A stretch of DNA of 41,551 nucleotides from Balamuthia mandrillaris (GCA_031835245.2 JAVKOQ020000007.1:434001-475551); one strand, 5' to 3'. Shown: positions 1-12,518, counted from the first letter of the stretch. Translations and numbers: made by a program. Notes: generated by a model from the sequence alone, not told the origin.

Positions 1-252
1 TCAGAGACAATGTTTTGCATCCAGATACATTTGTGGACGTATGTGCTCTCTCTCTCTCTCTCTCTCTCTCTCCCAGTCTTTGGATAAACTTAAAAACAAA
101 TGTAACAACGTAAAAATAACAAACTACAACAACAAAATAGTTATTTGATAAAGCTTTAGTGGAAGAAAATCAAAGAGCAGGAGATCTGGAGGCCGCCACT
201 TTTGCAACCACCGTAGAACGCATTCTTGCTGACAAGCTAGACTTACTTCAAG

Positions 253-293
<41 letters not shown>

Positions 294-1059
294 TTCTGAC
301 AAATGGATACTTCGAATTTTTGTTTGTTACTTCTGTAGAGTCTAAGCAAGAGACTCCAAGAAGTGTACCAACAGACAGAGCAACAACTAGACCATGTTCC
401 ATTTGTGGAGGCTTCTTCAGAGACAAGTAATCCCCAAAACTTCGCTCATTCCCCTATCTTTGTGGACAATTCTACATCAGCTGTGATGGTAAGAAACACA
501 TCTATTTCTTAAGAACTAGTTTACGTTCTGATCACATTTTAAATAATCCTATTTCTATTCCTCTTCCTCCTGCAAAGGTTCCTTCTTGGTCAAGCGACTC
601 GACTTTGTTGAACTACGAAGTTGCCCTTTCACAGAATCTGGAGGAGCTGTTTCTTGACAATGTCAACAAAGATAGGTCGATTGCGTTCCAGTACTTCGGG
701 GGGCCATTCACTGGAATCACCCGTTATTATCCTCATTTTCAGTGGGAATCGACCGATGTTGTTGATGCTCGTTTGTCTCCATGGTTCGTCCATCCACCCC
801 ATGAGTGCCGCTGAACTCTTGCTATTGCTTTCGTCTGTTTCTTATATCACGACGAACAAACAGGTACGTGGGTGCGATTACGGGAGCAAAGGGGTTGGTG
901 CTGATTCTGGACACCTCATCCGATATTGGTCAAGATTTCGATTATGTCAAACAGGCTAGCATTAATGTTATCCGTTCTCTGCATGAAGCAGATCACATAA
1001 TGCTTCTTATTGTGCGTTGTTATGGCCCACTTTATCTTTGTTAGTTATTTCTTTCTGAT

Positions 1060-1101
<42 letters not shown>

Positions 1102-1212
1102 GATATCGGATAACGAGTTACAAAAGCCGTCGTGTGTAGGCCAAGTGGAAGGATATGTGCGAGCCACACCTCAAGCTATAGATGCCTTTGTCGCTGCCAT
1201 TGCCGCTTTGTA

Positions 1213-1260
<48 letters not shown>

Positions 1261-1656
1261 TTTTCCGGAATATATATTCATTTGAAAACCGCTGCAAAAT
1301 CATTCTAGAGAACCTAGCCAGGTTATATCCTCGGCTTACAGCAAGGAACAAGCATTCTTGGAAGCATTCGCTATTTTCGAAAGAGAGAGCCAAGATCACG
1401 TTTTAGACGACAATACGGTTGTGCCTGGCAGAGGTACCCAAGCCTGCCAAAACGCGCTGATTTTTGTGGGCTCCGGTAAGAATCTTCCTAAGCCAGAAAG
1501 GTAACTCTTCTCCTTCTTCCTCCTTTTTCGTTTTTATTAATATTAATAAATTTCTAAGATTGACTACGGATTCCTCTGCATTGCCAACAATGCTGTTGTA
1601 TACTATCGGCGCCACACAAAATGATCGGGGTACGCTTAGCTCTCTTCCTCCCTCCC

Positions 1657-1695
<39 letters not shown>

Positions 1696-4600
1696 TTGTT
1701 TTTCATAACGTTCATTTTATAGCGTCTCAATTGGCGTGTTCATCGACTGGATCGGCCTTTTCCTTTGCCCAAGGCGATGGCATAAGTTTACAAAAAAATA
1801 TTACACACTATAGCACCTTCTTGGGTACTGTCGGTCAAAACAACCAAGAAGAGCCTGCTTGGCACATGTCTCTTGGATTTACCAACGATGATAAGCTTCA
1901 AAGTAATACTCTTTTCTCTGTCTCGTTATCCTTGTATTTCCGCTTCTTCTCATACTTTTGCTATTGTTCACCTTCAATAACTCACAGTGGGAGTTGTGAT
2001 GAGTGTAAGCATGCCAGTATATCCCGCTGGATCAGGAGAGAACGGCGACTTGGCGACACCCGTCGGTGTCTTAGGAATGGACTTCGTTTTTGATGACCTC
2101 ATCTTTGCGGAAGAGTCCTTCGAGGTCCGCTTCGACTATGGCTTCCTGGTGAACACCTATGGTGATACTGTTCTTCATCCTGTCATGAGGGATCGCAGTC
2201 AACGCTATTCTTTCCAAGACACAACCTCTCCTCCTTTGTATTATGATATATCTACCTACGAACCGACCCCAGAGTTTAACACTGAAGTTCGTGATCCAAT
2301 GTTTGTGCTTCAAGCTGGTCAAGTGCGTGTTCAACAGGATGTTGACCTTCCTGCTGGTTTGTTCTTCTCTCTCTCTCTCTCTCTCGCGGGCGCGCGCGCT
2401 CTCTCCAAACATTTGTTTATTGCGACAACACAAAACAGGTGATACTGCTTACGAAGGACTGGCAAGAGAATCCGTTAACACGACTTACTTTTGGCAGCAA
2501 TTGGCTTCATTTCCATTTGTAGCCGTACGTGCCATTTCTGATGAGCGTCTCAACCTGAAGATCTTCCGCCCATCTAGTTATCACCGGACAGAAAACAGTG
2601 ATGATTACTTTTATTACTATCGCATTGATGACTACCAAAATATTCCAGCACCCAATCGCAGCTATCATGGTAACGGCTATGGTAACATTAGCGGAGTCAA
2701 TTTTGACTATGGCAATTTTAAGGTTCGTTGGCGTTATGGCAATGTAAGAGCAACTTGGATGGTGCTTATAATTTTTTAGTATGCTCCTAAAGGATGGCTG
2801 GATCCTCAAGCCTATCTCGCTCACGAAGTGGACTTGATAGACCAAGTTATGGAATATGTAAATGAAGCACCTGGTGCCGTCAATCCAGGTTTGTATATCC
2901 CTCTTGTCTCTCTCCCTCTTCCTTTCTCCCTCCTCTCGCCAGAGATATACACGATGACATTACGTAAACAACAGGAATTGAAGAAGAAGCTAAGTACGAC
3001 ACACAGATCGTGTGGCCCATCTTTGATCAATGGATTGCAGCCTTCAAAGACCCGGCTATCATTGATCACTACAAGCTCATTTGGATTTACGTGGGCAGTC
3101 CTCTTGGCTCTATTCATAGCTTCCCCACCGGCGCTGACACCACACCTGACTTTGATACCTCCATTCGCCCATGGAGAGATCGTGCCGCTAGCCAGCCCGA
3201 TAAAGTCGTACTATCAAGGTTCGTCTTTCTGTCAATCGTCTCTTGTTTTTTCGTCCTATTTTGTTCCTTCATCTCTTCTAGCGTTTTTGTTTCTCTCTCA
3301 TTATGTCTTTCTTGGGTGTGTAGTCCGTACGTAGATGGTTTTGGTATGGGTAAAGTGATAGCTCTGGCAATGACTACCAAGTCGCAAGGAGTAAGCCATG
3401 TCGGAGTGCTTGGCTTGGACTTTGGGTACAAAGACTTGCAAGACACTCTCTTCAACCGCACCAATTGTTGGGAAGGGTATGATGATGGCGATTCAACTCA
3501 ACGTGATGCGAAGTGCTTTCTGTTTGACCAAAGCGGCCTTCTTCTTGTCGATCCAGACTTCGTTCAAAGTATCCCTTCTTTCCCTATTTCTTTGTCTTTG
3601 CGTTTCATTTTTAACCAAGCTTTCTTCATAAAAAAGGTGATGATGTTACAAATGTGTTTTTGGGAATCAAGGCTGGAGAGGTGGCACAGTCTCTTCTCGA
3701 AAAAGGTTTTCTCTATCAACATAACCAACTCAACTTGCAAAGCAATCCTCCTATCAATCAAACTGTCTTTGTAGTCAATGATACTATGCTTCAAGGCGAC
3801 GTTTTGGAAGGTACTCTTGTTGTTGTCGTTGTTCTTCTTTTTCTGCTTCTGCTTCTTTTTAAATAACAATCAACAAAAAAAGGGGAGTTGGCTCCAGGAG
3901 GATGCCTTGAAGGACGTTATGTGGTAGTCCCAATCAGAGGTGCTGCGGTAGCTACCACGATGTTCCTTGTCGTTATTCACTCCTACCAAGAAACTGGTCT
4001 AAACTGCACCATTATCTCTGCGCCACCAGCCAATCCGGTCAACCACGACACCTGCACGGAAGTAACCACCGAGTACAAGGACAGACGAACGGTGCTTCCA
4101 ACCTCCTGCCCTCCTCCGTTGATTCCCTCTGCTCTCTCCTTGGAGAAACTGAGACAGACGTTCGGTGCCGACACGTGCCAGGTGCCAAAGGAGACTACGT
4201 GGGTGGAGTGGAGCGATCCTGTCGCTATAGTATTCTTGTCCCTTCTCTTTCTGATCAGTTTTGTAGCTGTAGTCGTTGCAGCTTATTTCGTGTATTACAC
4301 AATGAGCTCGACGTCATCGGAAAAGGCAGCGAAGAGCAAGTCCACGATTTTAAGACAAACCGGCTATTTGTTTAACTTTGGAATGTTGGTGGGATTGGCT
4401 CTCGCGGCTCTCGCTATTCTTCCGTTCATTGGAGAGCCGACCGATACTACATGTGCAGTGAGACCTTGGATGAGCCTATTCTGGGTATTTATTTATGGGT
4501 ATGATTTTAAATTTTGCTCCCCGCAGTTTCCTGTTTATTGTCTGGTTTTTTTCTGATTGTCGAATATTTCTCTCGCTCCCTTATTAGCAACCTTGTGGCA

Positions 4601-5298
4601 AAGCTTGCTTTCATGTTCCGCAGCAAACTGAAACAAAAAGAAGAGGGATTGCTCTTTCCAACGTACTCATGGATTCAAGTCTTGGTTTGTAACGCTGCTC
4701 TTCTATCCATAGAACTGGTGTGTATTTTTCTTTCTTCTCTCTTATTTTTCTCATCTCGCTCGTTCTCTTCGTCTAACATTCGCCTTTCTTGTTTTTCGCC
4801 GTTTCTTTCTTTCAGTTGATCCTCATTCTGTGGACAGCAGTCGACCCACAAAAACCAGAAGTGGAGGAAACGGTCGACAGCGACAAGAACCAGCTCCTCT
4901 GTCGCTCCGAGCATCACCCCGTCTGGCTCGCTCTCCAATATCTCTACATGGCTGTTCTGCTTGTGGCCGGCCTCTCTTTGTCCGTTCTCGTCGGCCGCAC
5001 GCCCACTCGCTTCGACGAGGCCCGCTGGACGTCGTTCGCCCTCTACGGCACGACCATTGCCACCGTCATTACCGTCATCGCCTACTCCCTCCTAGAGCCC
5101 TCCATCCCGGACGCGGCTTTGGCCTTGTTGGGATTCGGCGTGTTGTTGGGCATGGCGGCTGTGTTGTTGCTCCTCTTCTTCACCAAGCTCTTCAGGATCG
5201 CGGTGCACAGGAAGAGAGGAGGAGATAAGGCCGTTGTGGGCGGCCAGGCCGCCAAGTTCGATGTTGACGACGATGACGATGGTCTGGATGACTTGTAA
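1..5298 (+). CDS. Multi-exon gene (5' end lies outside the window): alpha2delta/CACHD1-like ectodomain (VWA_N, VWA, two dCache units) fused to a family-3 (class C) GPCR 7TM domain
   Basis: Spliced exons give: LEELFLDNVNKDRSIAFQYFGGPFTGITRYYPHFQW..DARLSPW|YVGAITGAKGLVLILDTSSD (VWA_N into VWA of alpha2delta); GVVMSVSMPVY..GVLGMDF..YGFLVNTYGDTVLHP; IWIYVGSPLGSIHSFP..FDTSIRPW..SPYVDGFGMGKVI..GVLGLDF..CFLFDQSGLLLVDP (CACHD1-like second dCache). These are followed by WVEWSDPVAIV, IGEPTDTTCAVRPW, LILILWTAVDP, PTRFDEARWTSFALY and LFFTKLFRI (class C 7TM hallmarks). The GT-AG junctions I checked join in frame; stop TAA at 5296-5298. Confidence 0.88.
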
Positions 5299-5521
5299 CA
5301 CTAAACATTCCACATTACATTATTATTTTTCCTCTTCGGCAAGCCCGCAGGAGTAGTTTTGTTCTAACACTTCACGGAGACAACAAAACCAAGATAAGCG
5401 GATCACGATGTATCGGGTTGAGGGCATGGGAAGGTCTTGTTTCCCGCCCAACTGGTGGTGGACTTGGCCGCACAGTAGTTCCTCTACAAAAAGAAAAAAA
5501 TAGCATTTATTATGTTTGGCT

Positions 5522-6043
5522 TCACACTGCTGCCCACATTAGCGTGTCAACTTCGACGGATCGCACGGGGAAGCAGTAATTCGTGAAAGGCCCGACCTCG
5601 ACGTGATCCATCGTCCTCTTTCCCTTGTAGCTCTCCTTGGTGTTGTCCTCCAGGATCACCGTGGCGTTGTCGCGCCAAAAACCGGGGTCGTCCGCGTTGT
5701 CCTCGGCGTACTTCATGAGGGACCTCAGGTGGGCGGTCCCGTCTTGGTCGTCGTAGTACTCCCGTTTGTCCTCCACATATTCCTCTTCCTCCTTGCTGTC
5801 GCTCTCCGTGCGCCCGCGCTTGGGCGAGGGCGGTTCGCCGCCGGATGCGACCACGAAATCGATGGTTTCGAAGAAGTCGTCGTACGCACCGCCCTCCCCG
5901 CGCAGCACGCAGACCACCTCGGAGCCGCACCTGCTCGCCAGCCAGGACGCCAGGTCGGTGGACGAATCCCCGTCGAAGCCCTCGACCTGGTCCTTGTGCA
6001 GGGAGACGCTGGCGACCACGCGTATGTAGTACGATATTCCCAT
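5522..6043 (-). CDS. Hypothetical intronless acidic protein, about 173 aa (MGISYYIRVVASVSLH...TLMWAAV)
   Basis: Single ORF with strongly G/C-ending codons. ATG at 6043 is preceded by an A-rich leader (AAACCAAACCAACC ATG) like other starts in the window. No domain recognised. Confidence 0.6.
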   Translation of the reverse strand: MGISYYIRVVASVSLHKDQVEGFDGDSSTDLASWLASRCGSEVVCVLRGEGGAYDDFFETIDFVVASGGEPPSPKRGRTESDSKEEEEYVEDKREYYDDQDGTAHLRSLMKYAEDNADDPGFWRDNATVILEDNTKESYKGKRTMDHVEVGPFTNYCFPVRSVEVDTLMWAAV

Positions 6044-6893
6044 GGTTGGTTTGGTTTCGGTGTTCTTTCTTTCTTTTGGAGAAAGACTGCCTCCCTGAGG
6101 GCGGTGGAGTGGTTTCATATTTGAATGCTTCGGAGATTGCCCCTGCCGCCGTGAATGATTTCCATAAGAGGCAGTTATCCGATATTTTTATATCACGCCG
6201 CGGAACCTATTGCTCAGAAAAGGGTATTCTACAAGGGGAGTATGGCTCTGCGAAGGTGAACGGGTTCACGTGGCAGCAACACATCCCGTCTCCTCTCGTT
6301 GTTTTTATTTTTTTGTACAATGCGATCAAACTGATGGTCTTCACGAATTCTGTTTTTCTTCCTCTCCCGTCAGCCTCTATTCTGGTGCGGGTGTTTTGTT
6401 GGATGCAGACACCAAGAAGGACGAGAACGGAGTAACCACGCGCAGCAATGTATTGGGTCCCGCTCTTCTCTTGACTCTCTCTGGCAAACAAACAGCCGCG
6501 AAATTTTTCATGAAAAATGCTCTTCATTCTCTCTCGCTCTCCATCTCCTGTTGCTCAAGGCCACCCTCCTATCCTCAAAGAAGCAGAGGAGGAAAGAACC
6601 AAGAGTCTGATGGGAGTGAACCAGCATTACAGTGAAGCAAAAAAATGAGAACCACTTGAAGACCTATTGACCAGAGGAACAGCTCCACAAGCCCCAAGGA
6701 GGAGAAATGGTCCAGCATCTGTGGTCATTACATTCGTGTCGTCGTGAAAAATCGACAGAAACGAAAAAGAAAAAAAGGAAAAGAAAAGAAAAGGACTTCT
6801 GTTCTTCTTCTTCCATCGAAGAGAGCTGCTCGAAGTTAAAAAAAAAAAAAGCGGTCCGACGTAAGACACAAACAGCGAGGAGAGAGAGAGAGA

Positions 6894-9800
6894 ATGTCGT
6901 TTTGGGGCAAGGTGGGTGCGGTCTTGGCACCGATGCCTGATGTGGACACGGCCTCCATCAAGCTGCTGATGGAACGCCTGCGAAACAGCACCACAGCGGA
7001 TGAGAGCAAGAAGCTGCTCAAGATCCTCAAGGCGCAGGCCAGCAACAAGGCAGCCCATGAGGTTCCTCTCTTACTTTTACCCTTTTTTTTTTTTTTGTGG
7101 TCATCATCTATCGACACTTTCAATAGATTGATTTCTATTTTATTTTATTTTTTTTTTTTGGGGTTAATAACAGGAAATAGGGAAAGGAATGGCAGAGCTG
7201 CTTTCCATCCTCAGAACAGAAAAGGAGGACGTGGAGTTGACCTGCGACGTGTTGGAGATCCTCAACCAAATCATGACGTGCCCTAAGGAGGGTGCTAGGG
7301 ATGCCTCCAGCTATGTCGAGCTTGTTAACACAGAGGAATTCCTTAGGGTTTGCGTCCCTCTCCTCTCCTCTTCTCTTCTTACTTCCTTTTCTCAGTTGTC
7401 TCTCTTCTCTCTTCCTTCTCTTTTCTGATGTAGCTTTTATTTGCTGAGAATATTAGGAGTCGAAAAACGTGATGATTCTGTTGGAACTATTGGAGCAGAA
7501 AAAGTCGTACGTGAGGCTGAACACCACTCAGTTGTTGATCACTCTCCTCACCAACAAGGACGACAAGATATTTGAGCTGCAAGACATCGTCTTGAGAAGC
7601 CCAGTTGGCATTCCTTATCTCATGGAGTTGCTCGCTGACAGCAGAGACAGTGTTCGAAATGGTCTTTCTTTATTCTCTGTTTCTTTCTTCTTTCATCTTT
7701 CTTACTCTATTTTGTTTTCATCTTTCTAGAGGGTTTGCTGTTGCTTCAGGCATTAGTAGAAAACAACCAAGAAATCCAAAAAATAGTAGCCTTCAACGGC
7801 GCCTTTGACCGACTGTTCACCATCATTGAATCAGAAGGTGGAGCGGAGGGAGGTATCGTGGTGCAAGACTGCCTATGCCTGATGTCAACCCTCCTCAATG
7901 GCAACGTCTCCAATCAAAACTACTTTCGTGAGACGAGCTGCATTCAGCGATTGCCTTTGTTATTGGAGCTTGAAAGCAGTGACATGTGGCTTCTCACCGA
8001 CAACAAGCAGGCTGTGCTCGTCCACACCTTGAAATTAATTTCTTTGCTCATCTCAGAAAACAATCCCAACACGCATACAAATCAGGTATATTGCATTGTT
8101 TTAGACTTCTTTTCTATGCTATTAACAGTATCCTTTCGTTGATACAAAAATACAGCTGATGATGAACAAGCATGGCGTGTTGACTCAGGTCGTGCGGCTG
8201 GCAATTAGCAGAATCAACTCAGCTGATGCTAGGAGTCAGGTATATTTCTGTCTGCTCTCCGTTTCTTCGCTATCCGTATTATTTTCTTTTCTTCTTACCC
8301 TTCTCTCTATTATCTCTTTTCTGTTCTTTCTTTCATGCAATAAAAAAGGCACTTAGGACACTCGGAGACATGCTACGAGGCTGTTCAGAGAACAGAACCG
8401 CATTCTCTGCTCAAGTGGTTGAAACGGGAGAGGACAAAAGGCCACAACCTGCTCTCCACCGCTTGGTGGTCATCATGCTTCACTCGCGAGAAATTACAGA
8501 GCGTCTTGCTGCCATGTACACTTTTCAATGCTACCTTCACGCCAACGAAGAAGCTCAACTCGCGATAGCTTCCACGTTGACGCCACCACCGACCATCACA
8601 AACAACTTGCGTGAGGAACAACCTGTTGTTGGCTTTTCGATCGGCCGTAAATTGATTCATGCTTTGTTGGGGGAGTATTTGACGGATACCGTCGTTGAAC
8701 CAACCTCCTTGAGTCCCAGGGACCACTCACCACGCTCTGGCCAAGATGAAAGGGACGCCTTGTGTCCTTGGTAACTCTTTCTTACCCTTCTTTTCGCTCT
8801 CCTACGGGAGTTGTGATAAAAAGAATAACTTGTGTTTATTTTGCATTTGTAGGTTTGCTGCTTGTGTGTTATCTTCAATCCTCAGCATGAATGAAGAATG
8901 TAAAGAACTTGTACTTCGCATCCCATTGGAGATACCACGAATGGAGGGACCACTTCCCACTCTCATGACTAAATGCAATCAAGCCCTCTTTGAACTCACT
9001 CGTGCTGCCGCTACGTCCAATGAAAGCACACTCTATAGAGTGGGCCTTTTGCGTTTGCTATGTACTTGGCTCTACGAATCCCCTGCTTCTGTGAAGGCCT
9101 TCTTGTCTGCTCCCAAAAATCTTCCCTTTGTACGCTTTGTTTGTTTGTTTGTTTGTTTGTTTCTTTGTTTGTTTGTTTGTTTGTTTGTTTGTTTGTTTGT
9201 TTGTTTGTTTCTCGTCTTCTCTTCCTTCCGTTCGGACTCCTCTTCTGTCCTCTGTAACTTGTTGATCTTTTAACTGTGTTTATCTATTAAACAAAACAGA
9301 TGATGGAAACAGTAATGCAGCCCCCCGCGTCCCACAACCTGCAAGTGCAAGGTCTCTGCGCAATGATAATTGGTCTTTGCTTCCAGTATGATGACGACGC
9401 CAGTTCTACCTCTGGCTCGTCTTTCAACCGAACTGCCCTCCACAACGTCATTACCAACCGTATTGGTTTGGCCAAGTTCACAAAAGCACTTGAAAGTCTC
9501 CGTAAGAGTCCTGCTTTTATTTTTGCTGAACAGGAAAAGGTCTATTATTCTTTTCCCATTCCTTTTCTCTTTTCTTACAAATATATTGTTTTATTATCAC
9601 TGCAGGACGTTGTGGAAACGAAAGAAGAAGCACAATCGTTTAACATACGCAACGAGCAATGCCTCAACAAAATACTTTACGACTACGACTTTACCATCTT
9701 TTTCAAAGATTGCTACGGTAAACATTTTTTTCTCTGCTTTCTGTTACCATATTCCTAATTCTATTTTACACAACAGACAAACTTACACGACAGTTACGTT

Positions 9801-10960
9801 CTCCGTTTTCCTCTTTGGGCCATTCTCGTACTCGTTCGGCAGGAGGCAGTCTGCCATCCTCATCAGGAGACTTGGTAGCATTAGGTAAACAGAAAAAGAA
9901 AAAGAGCAGGGCTCCATCTCCTGAAGCCACCGATCTTGGCATCGATGAAGAGAATGAACTCGAACCGCCAAAAGATAAACAGAAAAAGAGCAGCCAAATG
10001 AACGATGCTATTCTGCAATCTTACAAAGAGCTCATCCACAATCAAGACATCCAAATGGAAGCGTTGAAACAAAAGCGTTCGTACTCCTTTTTTATTCCCT
10101 CTTTTGTTTACTCACACTTCTCTCTCTCTCTCTCTCTCTCGCTCTCGCTCTTAGTGGCCGAAATGGAAGCCAAGTTACAAGAGAATTCACTCCGTCGCAT
10201 CAACTCCGAGCCTTCATTCTCTCTCGCTGCTGCAAACGAATCGTCATCGCGTAACAACGAGGAAAGAAACAATGAGTTAAAGGTGTTACTACAACAACGC
10301 GAAGCAGAGATAGCATTCCTGAAGAAACGACTTGAGCAAAAGAATCAAAACGACGCGAAGCAAAACGGAGGAGAAGGAGAATCGACACTACAAGAAAGGG
10401 AAGCGGAGATTGCATCTTTGAGAGAAGAACTTTTGGCACTCTCTCACGCTTTCAACGAATTGGAACTTCACTCTCGCGAGACAGAAGAAGAGCTCGAACG
10501 AACTCGACAAGAACTGTCTTCTCTGATCAACACAAGTGGGAGAAACGAGAACGAACAGGAGCGGAGAAAGAAGATGGAAGAAGAGTTAATCATGTTAAGA
10601 GCTCAATTGGAAGCAGAGAGACAAGAAAGAAACAAAATGCTCGAAGAGAGACGGATGCAACATACCAACACGGAAGAATTGGAGCGTGTTCAAAGGGAAT
10701 TGGAAGTATTGAAACGACAACAACAGAGCCCAACGCCAGCGACTTCTTCTCCTCAACAGGCTGCAGCATTGCCGCCAGATGAAGAGACAATTCGATACCT
10801 GGAAGAGAGAATAGAGGAGTTGGAGGCGGAGTTGCAGGAGACAAAGTCCCGATTTGCAAGCCTGGAGGAGGAGCAGAACGACTTGTTGGTTTGTCTGGCC
10901 AAAGCGGAGATGGAGAACAACAACCTGAAGCAACGGCTTTCCTCTTCTTCTGGCCGTTAG
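6894..10960 (+). CDS. USO1: Vesicle tethering factor Uso1/p115 (armadillo head plus coiled-coil tail), multi-exon
   Basis: Conserved p115 head motifs LLLLQALVENNQEIQKIVAFNGAFDRLFTIIESEGGAEGGIVVQDCL..LLNGNVSNQNYFRE and VQGLCAMIIGLC. Long heptad coiled coil; C-terminal EQNDLLVCLA motif. Confidence 0.93.
9137..9210 (+). repeat. (TTTG)n microsatellite in a USO1 intron
   Basis: Tandem tttg units directly visible. Confidence 0.9.
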
Positions 10961-11506
10961 TTACCAGCAATACATGCTGATACATTCTTCCGGGTGCTGG
11001 AGAGGTTTGTCCTCATGACTTGGTACAAGAGACGAGAGAGATGAAAGAGAGAGGAGAGAGGAGAGGAGAGAAAGTATTAATCATGACGACATGAAAATCA
11101 ACGAGGGTTCGGGTAAATTCATTAACACAATTTGTAGGAAAAGAGGGTGGGCGACAAGAAGGAGAGCGCTGTCTACGAGTACTAGCGGTTCTACACTGGA
11201 CAAATTTGTCCCATGAGCGTCCAACATCTTGGGCACCTTAATATTATTAATCTCTGCTGTGCAAAAATATAAAAACATTTGAAAAAAAAATCTCTTGGTG
11301 ACTGCTGTTCATCGGCAGGGCTAGCCTGGTAACGCAAAGGAAGGAAGGCCCCTTCTCTTCTGGTTTTTTTTTCCTTCCAAGAAGAAGAAGAGAGAAGCAA
11401 AGACGACGAAGGAAGAGTTCCGGTCGTCGGGCTGCATTACAAACCTCCCCAATATATAAATATAAATATATACAGCATTACACGGCAGAACAGATTTATA
11501 TATTAG

Positions 11507-12518
11507 ATGCAGGAAACAGAAACTTTGCCGGCACTCCCCGAGAGGCACCTCCCTCCACCTCCCCTCGAAGAAGAAGAAGAGGGTGTTGACGCTCCTCCTC
11601 TTCCCGTTCGGACAGACGGAACGGAAGAAGACCAAGCGGCGGCACCTCCTCCTCCCGCTCGCGAAGACTGCGGCGAGGAGAGCGAAGACCTCCCTCCTCC
11701 TCCTCTTCCTCCACTTTCTTCTGCTTCTTCCAGCCAGCTCGAAGATCCTTGTTCTTCTCCCCTTCCCTCACCTTCTTCCGCTCCATTGGACCATCCTCTT
11801 CCACCTCCTCCCCAAGAAGAAGACGAAAACGAAGCACAGCTACCACCACCTCCTCCTCGTCTCGAAGAAGAACATGAAGTAGAAGAAGAAGGACAACATC
11901 AAACAACAACACAGAAAGAAGAAGAAGAAGCATTACCTCCACCGCCACCTCGAACGTTTGAAGAGGAAGGAGGAGGAGAAGAATCACAGTTACCACCGCC
12001 TCCTCCTCGAGAAGCAAGCTATGATGTTGACGAAGAAGAACTTCCTCCTCCTCCTTTTCCACAACGAACCAACTGCCTAGAAGCAGAACCAAGGGAGGAA
12101 CTGGGAGGCTTCACCGAGGGACAACAGTACGAGAGAGAGCTGCCGCCTGTGCCCAGCGAGCTGCCGGAGCTACCGCCTCGCCTGGACGCCACGCTGCGTC
12201 GTCGGCGCGTCCCGCTGGCGGAGCTGGTGGCGGAGGAGGAGCGGCAGGGCTTGGAGAGCCAAGAGATAGAGCAGAGGAACGAGGAGAGGGCGGCCACCCT
12301 CATTCAGGCCACGTGGAGGGGCTACAAGCAACGAAAGGACTACAAGCGTTACTTGGAGGAGAACCCGTTGGTGAGGCTGAAGAAACCAGCTTCTGCTCCT
12401 TTGAAGATTGTTCGTTCTCCTTCTAGTTCTTCTTCCAGTTCTTCTCCTCCTCCTCCTCCTCCTCCTCCTCCTCCTCCTCCTCCTCCTCCTCCTTCTTCTT
12501 CTTCTTCTTCTTCTTCTT

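Noticed and set aside
5547..6435. Several long overlapping ORFs on both strands around the orphan gene
   Set aside because: Shadow ORFs caused by high GC3; they give Arg/Pro-rich, non-protein-like translations.
6200..6720. ORFs 6210-6635 (+) and 6207-6527 (-) in the gap before USO1
   Set aside because: No recognisable motif, no clear codon bias and no convincing splice structure; treated as intergenic or UTR, though an ncRNA or small gene is not excluded.
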